The translations under genes and the position numbers were made by a program. The notes beneath the pieces were generated by a model that was given only the letters and a program-made list of their open reading frames with translations, made no database searches and was not told the DNA's origin. 64,000 nucleotides of DNA from Carpediemonas membranifera BICM (taxonomy: Eukaryota > Protista > Fornicata): assembly GCA_019828565.1 (NCBI GenBank), contig JAHDYR010000053.1, positions 1,090,272 to 1,154,271 on the forward strand, given 5' to 3'. Shown one piece after another: positions 57,282-64,000 of the stretch; the first letter of the stretch is position 1; every line of letters begins with the position of its first letter.

Positions 57282-57552
57282 TTACAAAGACTTGAGGTCC
57301 ACGGCGTCCTGGACGAAGCGCTGCGCCAGTCTGACAATGAACTTGGCGCAGCACTTCGTCGGCACATGGTGTTTCTCGGACCGCAGCCTCGCTAGCAGTA
57401 TTGAGATCTCGGCAAGGTCTCGTTTGTCGAGCACCCTCCGCTGTCGCTGATCCCGAAGCCCTCCACAGGACCACGCGGATCGCCCACATCGCCATGGTAC
57501 CCGCACACACGACACCAGCAGCACTTGCCACACTAGAGCTGGCGTCCATCAT
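57282..57552 (-). CDS. Possible small protein with one frameshift
   Basis: MMDASSSVASAAGVVCAGTMAMWAIRVVLW joins RVLDKRDLAEISILLARLRSEK...DLKSL* in another frame. Confidence 0.25.
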
Positions 57553-57559
57553 TCGTAAG

Positions 57560-60500
57560 GTGCGGTCGAATCCGATGGTCCATGACGATCTCCACTGGGC
57601 ATTAATGACGCGATACGCAACGTTGATGGCGGAGCGGGCTAGAGCAGGGATGTCTACTAATTTAAGCGTGATTAAGTCCGGCTTCGGGTGGAGAAGCGGA
57701 CACGAAATGACCGCATCGAGGCGCTCAATGGGGCCAACAAGGCCCTGGTCGAGCAGAAGAAGGGGCTCCAGGAGCGTCTGGGGGGTTCCGAGAGGGCCCG
57801 CGTCCATGTCGGCCGTAAGCTGCCCGAGCTGCGGCTGGCGTGGAGCCTGGCCGGGGGATGGGATCGCCGCCCTCCTGGAGGTCGGCAACGCCGGTTAGGG
57901 CTTCAGGCTTGGCGATCCAGGCCCTTATGTCGCTCGCGACGTTAGCATCAGCGTTTGGGCCGATGTTGGCACCGAGGAGCTTGTGGTCCTGGATGGTATT
58001 CTCGGTGACAGACACGTCATCGAGGTAGGCCTTGAGGCAATCGGCGTGCATGACCAGCTCCGGAGAGTTGAGGCGTACCGCATGGCCAGGCTGAAGAGCG
58101 CTGGGCCAAGTGGGTCGCCTTGCTGGGTACATTCGACAGATCTGAGGGGCGGTAGGTCACCGACGGGGGAGAGGTGGGCTGGGTCGGCGTACATTGTTGT
58201 GCAGTACCCCAGAAGGGCAGGGCACAAACTCTCGATGGCCGCTGCGATGAGCGGGCGCGAAACCGTGTTGAAGGCGTTGGAGAAGTCGAACGCAACTACG
58301 AACTCCTCATCGTACTGGTCACGCGCCCAGGCCGCGATTTGCTCGCAGCCGGATTTCTCCCCCAGACCGAACTGGTTGGGGAGGGCTTCGCTAAGGTGGG
58401 GGCCAACCTGTCTCATTGCAATGACTCCTGCGATGCGACGAATGGTCTCGCCAATCGCGATGGGGCGGCCCTTGCCTGGCTGGCCTGGCTTCCCAATAGG
58501 GAGCAGTATACACTCCGCGAGGAAGGAGAGGTGTCTCTGACCAGCGAGGATGTCATTATCAGCGGGACCATCCGTTTCGACAGCTCGTTGTTGGAGGCGA
58601 CCATCTGGTGGAGCGGGGTGAAGTCCATCACAGAGGGTCCTGGGCATGACTACTCGCGGTTGGCGGCCATGATCGCTCGGTGCACGTCGGCACCGGTGGC
58701 CACTATCGAGGCGGTAGGGGTGACCCCGTTTGGGGGCGTCAAGTCTGCAAGGTCGGCGGGGCAGTCAGCTGCTGTGAGCGGGTGAAGCCGGCTGAGCTCA
58801 GCATGTACCACGTCCGAGTCAGGCAGGTCCCCAGACTGGCTGAGGCTGCGGTATGCCTTCCCGGTGCGGTCGAGTTCGTCGCACATGCGGATGGCGCGCT
58901 GCTGCTGGCTTTCGTCGGAGAAGGGACCGGACGAGAGGGGAGGCTGTCCACCATCGACGACCGTTTGCACGGCCGACCGGATGGCCCTGTTCCTGCTTCT
59001 GCGGTTTCGTCGGGAGGTCCCGCCGCGGGAGACGTAGGCTTTCAACCTCCCCAGCTGGACAAACTGGCGGATCTGCGCCAGGGCTCTATCTTGGGCCTCC
59101 GTCGGTGTGTCCGTCCTCCGTGCGTTGTACTGCCCGAGGAGGTGAGTCCCGCTGGCGTTACCTTCCTGACAGCAGAGTTGGTCATACGCTTGGAGGCGAG
59201 GCGGAGAGCCAATTCGGGTCTCCGTTGGGGGCGGGTGTCTCCGCTTGGGCGGTAGACGTACTGGTGGCCGCTTCGCGGGCTGGGCGGCGCTCTGGATGTG
59301 CCGCCGACTCGATGAGTCTGGCCATCTCAGCCGCCTGCCTGGCCCGAGTGAGGCCGGCCTGGTCTTTGACAGCGGTCGAGATGTCCTCAGACATTCGGCC
59401 GAGTGCGGTCGCGGTGTTTCGGTACGCGGCTTGCAGTGGCCTTTGTGAGCGTGACGTGCTCGATCACAAGGTCGTGCCGTCGTCGGTACGGGGCGTCGCT
59501 GCCGAGGCAGGCAATAACCCCTGGCGTAGCCCAGGTAGGCAGCACGCCGTCGAAGGCCACTGTCAGCGCATCGGTGACCATGTTCCTGGCCGGGGTGGGT
59601 GCCAGATCCTCGTCGATATCTTGATCACTCCCATCCGAGTCTACCGTGCTGGTGCCAGAGGCAGAGAAGAAGTGCCTGCCAAGAGCCCTCAGTATCTCGG
59701 CCTTGGTGGTTCTGGTCGAAGGTCTTGCTGCGCGGGGTAGTTCCCTAAGGAGGGACTTGAGGCTGGGCACACTTGCCTGCGTTCTTGTTCGTTGTTCGTT
59801 GGGGATGAGTTCGGCCCAAGCCACGCTGCTACCAGATACTAGCGCGGGTATGAGCCTGTCTGGTATGCCTGGCAGGTGCTGCCGGATGAGGGCCCGGGCG
59901 TCCGGTGAGAGTGGGGCCGCCGGTGCTACATCCAATTCAATGGCCGATGGCAGATGTGCCATCCTCGCTCTCGACCAGGATGTATTCCAGGTGGGCGGTG
60001 GTGACCTCGCCTGTGATGGTGACCTTCGTCCAGGTGGTGGGTGTCTTGGCGAGCAGGGGAGAGACAATAAAGGCTGCACCGGTCCTGATGAGCCTGGAGA
60101 GGATGTGGCGGCTGTCGCACGGGAGTCCTTCCATGATAGCTTGGCGGATGCCCGTGCCGTCATCGGGGAGGCCGCGGGCTGTTTCTGCCCGGATCGACTC
60201 CGCTGTCTGGAGGTCGTATCCCTTGGCCGGCCTGAAGAAGCCAGCAGCAGATGCGCGGCGTATGGCGAGTTGGTGGGCTGGAGGGGCGTTGGAGTTGGCC
60301 AAGAAAGCATTTGCAAGTGCAATGTTCGACTCCCCCTCCAGCCCGCCCCTCAGGATGATGCTGCGGCATTGTCTCGCGTACCCTCTGAAAGATTCGGCGT
60401 CGGCCGCGGTTGTGGCGAGGAAGCGAGGTGAGTTCCTCCATGGCGTGGGAGATATACGTGGTGACGGTATCATCCAGGGCATCGGCTATTGCGGCCAGCT

Positions 60501-61020
60501 GGTTGCGGAATATCGAGGGCCGCTCGTGGGGCTTTTTGGGGGTTTTCTCTGTGCGGTAGACGCGCGTCGATCAAACTAGGGTTTGCCCTGGCTGGACTGG
60601 TCTGCTTGGGCTGAGCGTGGGGGATCTTAGCTGGCTGCCCGGGTTGAGCCGCGGGCTGACCTTCGCTGGTTGGGTCTGCGTCTGGGCTTGGTCGCGGCCG
60701 GACTGTTTGGCGTCCTGATGGGGCCGCGACTGGGACGAGGGCTGCACTTGATCACGGGCGGGCTGGGGCGGGCCGCGGGGTGCACTCGGCTGGACTGTTT
60801 CGCTCCTCTTTTTAGAGTTTCGGACGTAGTCCAGTCTGCCGCTCGGAAGTGGAGTTCTTCTTGTTCCAAGGCTATCTCCATCGCCTTCTTGAGGACGTCT
60901 GCTGTGACGCGCTTGGTCGAATTGACGGCTAGTGCTACTCCAGGTCCAGGGCTACGTTCCCGGCGGATGCTATCTTGGCCTTCTTGAGGCAGGTGACATA
61001 GGCCTGCACCTGGAGATAGC
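57560..61020 (-). mobile_element. Decayed CRE-like non-LTR retrotransposon (long N-terminal region plus reverse transcriptase; no intact endonuclease seen)
   Basis: GKAYRSL..LSRLHP, CPGPS, RPIAIGETIRR, NQFGLG..GCE, FDFSNAFNTVSR, QQGDPLGPALFSL, YLDD, KLLG; internal stops, frameshifts and an apparent deletion after YLDD; ends approximate. Confidence 0.85.
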
Positions 61021-61021
61021 A

Positions 61022-61560
61022 TTAATGGTGGATCTTCATCACACCGTATTGGGCGGCTTCAAGTGCCCATCGAATGACTTTTGGGTTCGTTGCCTCGGTC
61101 ATGTATATGAGATTGGCGTGATCGGTGTGAAGGTGGATTCCACAGCCCGTGATCATCTCGGCGAAGCGGTGGGGGTTGGCAACCAGGCCATAGCACTCCT
61201 TCTCAGTCGTGTTCCAGTTGAGTTGGTAAAACCGGAAGTCAAATCGAACGTGGCGAACACCTCCGCGCTTCTGACGCGGCCGAAAGGATCCTCGGGCGTC
61301 GGGAGGACCGCGGTCACCGGTATCGTCGCGGCGTTCAGATATCGGTAGTCTAGGACCGGCGGAAGGTGGCCGTGGCGTTGGGGATGAGGTTGAGCGGCGT
61401 GAGCCACTCGAGGTCCCCAGCCGGGTCGATGACCCCAAGCTCGCACAGTTCATCGACGATCGAAGCGGCGGCGTCAGCTTTGGCCTTGTTCATCGAGCGA
61501 GTCGGTGCGCGATAGGGTGTTGCTTCCTTGGGAGCAGCTCGATCGACATCTCGCCGAGCA
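61022..61560 (-). mobile_element. Ty3/gypsy LTR-retrotransposon pol remnant (RT N-terminus fused directly to RNase H C-terminus); may extend to ~62300
   Basis: ELCELGVIDP..EWLTP, LDYRYLNAAT..LPTPED..FATFDLTSGF, then QLNWNTTEKECYGLV..LHTDHANL..KVIRWAL. Confidence 0.8.
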
Positions 61561-61655
61561 GAACGCCCCGTCTGTCAAGTGGGTCGTAAAAAAAGACGTT
61601 GACATGTTGCTCTACGAGACGCTTGAAGGCGTCGGGGTAGATGTCTGCTACCTGT

Positions 61656-61675
61656 ACCTTACCTTACCTTACCTT
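61656..61675. repeat. (ACCTT)4 microsatellite
   Basis: accttaccttaccttacctt. Confidence 0.8.
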
Positions 61676-62390
61676 GGAGGCAGACACGGTCGGGGAGAGG
61701 CTGACCGTTCGGTCGCAGGTCGATATTGAGTCGCTCCAGGAGTCCGCGGGAAGCCAGTGCGTCGAACGCAATGTTGTCGGTGAACAAGAGCTTTGTCTCG
61801 AGCGCGACTTCGTGGTACAGGGGTCCGCCGTGAAGCCTGGTGGGGTCCTCGGGCGTGCATGTGTACGTGGCGACTGCTTCTCCTACGCCGATACCATGCA
61901 AGGGCGGGGTCACACGGCGAGCTGTGGGGAAGGCGCGCAGATGGCGAGTGTGTACGAGGATGTCGTTGCGCAGATTGAAGGTGCCAAGTCCTCCAACCCT
62001 GAGTTGGCAGAACCAGCGTTTCCTAGATCGTTAGTGCCTGGGTAGCCCTAACGATTAAGCCAATCTCCCGGTGATACCGTCCCAACTCATTGTGCTGGGT
62101 CGGGTCCATTTTTCGAAGATGGTCGCCCCTTGAAATCATGAGTTGGGCAGTGCTCATGAAAGCACTTATAGCGTGTGGCAACGACGGTGTCCCAGTGCAC
62201 TCTAGCTTTGACCATGTTCCGGTCGATGCAGAGCTTCGTCGGCGTGGTCTCGCTGAGCTCGTAGGCATCAATGCTGTTGTTTAAACAAGCCTCCTCAGTG
62301 CCATGGACCACGTGCCGATCGTACTCAAGTGAAATGCGTGTTGCGCGCCATTTTTTTTTTGCAACGCCATTATCCCGCCACTCAGTGGCA

Positions 62391-63359
62391 ATGGCCCAAT
62401 TTGTCCAAGGCTCCTTTCGGTACAAAGAGCTCCCTGTAGTCGACTTTAAGCCTTCAGATTGCTCTTCTATGGCCGGTACTACTCAACAGGACACCCTCTT
62501 CGCGGAACAACTGCGCTGCTTCCTTCAGATGGACAGAACCACACGCCCATTGTCTCAAGACTACATTAATCTCCAATCTACGACGCTTTCCGACGAGGAC
62601 CGCGATCGTGAGGTCGCTTGGCTCGCGGACTTCTGCGAGCAGAACCATCTGGCTGACAACCGCTGGCACATGGCCTTTGCCCGCGCCGTGGACATCATAG
62701 ACCGCTATATCTCGAGCGCGTTTGTCCACGAGACGTCACTCCACCTTCTCACGATGGTTGCCTTCTTCATTTCATACAAGGTCGACGACGACCAAGGCCA
62801 CGAGATCCTGACCTCCTCCTTACTGCCACTTCTCCCAAACTGCACCGGCAAGGAGATCCTCCACGGTGAGCTGGAGATCCTGGACCGTCTTGAGTGGAAT
62901 GTGGACCGCCCCACACCCCAGCACTTCGTCCTCATGGCCCTGTTCCAGGCCAACCTCGGCGAGCAGGTCCTGGCTGAGGTTTATGATGCGGCCAATCGGT
63001 TTATCATGATTGCGCTGTCGTCGTCGAGTCTGGCCTGGGCGCAGTCCTCTGTGATCGGGACTGCCGCGCTCATGTGTGCCCTGACATACCTGTTCAAGCT
63101 CAAGCGGTCATTCACCGCACGGTGTCCGCTCTCGTATGACCAATGGGTCGAGGTGATTTATAACACCCTCGGCAGTGTGATGAACCACGCTGAGATGGTG
63201 CAGGTCGACGATCTTGCGAGATTTATTATGATCGACTACTATGCATCCAAGGGAGTGAATGTGAAGGAGGAGGAGGAGAAGCAGACGCCGAACGACAGCG
63301 GCGACGTTGTGGAGAGGGAGAGAGACGCCCCTCCGACGCCGCAGGCACCCGCCCAGTGA
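62391..63359 (+). CDS. Cyclin (divergent cyclin box)
   Basis: RDREVAWL..AVDIIDRYIS..LHLLTMVAFFISYKVDD..ELEILDRLEWNVDRPTP. Confidence 0.88.
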   Translation: MAQFVQGSFRYKELPVVDFKPSDCSSMAGTTQQDTLFAEQLRCFLQMDRTTRPLSQDYINLQSTTLSDEDRDREVAWLADFCEQNHLADNRWHMAFARAVDIIDRYISSAFVHETSLHLLTMVAFFISYKVDDDQGHEILTSSLLPLLPNCTGKEILHGELEILDRLEWNVDRPTPQHFVLMALFQANLGEQVLAEVYDAANRFIMIALSSSSLAWAQSSVIGTAALMCALTYLFKLKRSFTARCPLSYDQWVEVIYNTLGSVMNHAEMVQVDDLARFIMIDYYASKGVNVKEEEEKQTPNDSGDVVERERDAPPTPQAPAQ

Positions 63360-63402
63360 GCTGTGTATATTGCATAAAGTAGCGCTCTTCCATGACGGGG
63401 TT

Positions 63403-64000
63403 ATGGTGCAACGACTTGCATTGGTCGGGGGGAACATCGCGATGTTGGTTGCCCATCAGATCTCTCTCACGAAGGAGCGCGCCCAGAAGCTGCATGCGGA
63501 CGCCGCTGCCACCAAGACCAAGATTATCGAGCTGGTGGGCAACCCCCAAGGATCTCAGGCTCGCGGACCTACAGGCGCTGGAAGACGCTCTGATGGAGCG
63601 TGACTCGTGTCCTGGCATCACGGACCTGACGGAGGTGGACCCCTCGCGATACACGGAGAACAGGGTGCCCCTTGGCGTGCTAGAGAAGCAGTTCGCGGAT
63701 GTCATAGTCAAGATGAAGCGGAAGAGGTCGGAAGTGGCAGGGAAGCGCGTCAAGAAGGAGACGGCAGAGAAGGAGACCAAGGCCGAGGACAAGCCGATCA
63801 AGCGGAAGGCAGCCAAAGCGATGACGAGGAAGGTCAAGTCACCAGCATATGACGACAGCGACGATGACTTGGCCACTCCTGTGCCCAAGCCGAGGGCCGC
63901 CAGTAAGAGGACGCGGAGGCCGCCCATCCCGGAGCCAGAGTCTGACAGCGCCGGGACCCCTGACTCTGCAGCGCAGTTCCCGTCGATCAAGCAACGCATC
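63403..64000 (+). CDS. Hypothetical Lys-rich protein, 5' part (runs off window end); frameshift in C5 run at 63543-63547
   Basis: Removing one C joins MVQRLALV...IIELVGNP to KDLRLADLQALEDALME..., open to the window end. Confidence 0.45.

Overview
Compact, GC-rich eukaryotic genomic DNA with about 28 closely packed genes and very short (26-31 nt) GT-AG introns whose branch-point-like motif abuts the 3' splice site. The architecture and gene families (giant FG-GAP/Cys-rich surface protein, RCC1-like protein) suggest a fornicate/metamonad protist such as Carpediemonas; this is inference only. Recognisable genes: UBA3 (partial), DNA polymerase kappa, a ~4,840-codon FG-GAP beta-propeller/Cys-rich membrane protein, an HhH glycosylase-like protein, a homeobox gene, two tandem eS1/RPS3A copies, DNAL4, a ~5 kb DAFDDF-repeat protein, SAR1, TANGO6/Rtp1, an SDR, an ATP6AP2-like protein, kinesin-9/KIF6, a truncated ATPase-dead CHD3/PICKLE-like protein, a PHD protein, a Rab32/38-like GTPase, a SAM methyltransferase, HID1 and a cyclin. 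Mobile DNA: a 520-bp 5'-truncated CRE-like non-LTR insertion with an exact 17-bp target-site duplication, a decayed CRE-like RT element and a Ty3/gypsy remnant. The most striking observation is in the 3' tail of the small insertion. It is built from short segments punctuated by (G/A)GTT, and one segment is an exact 25-nt sense copy of a gene 19 kb away, suggesting capture of host sequence by the retroelement. Two intergenic hairpin-dense regions are candidate ncRNAs. Several frameshifts fall in G/C homopolymers and may be long-read consensus errors.
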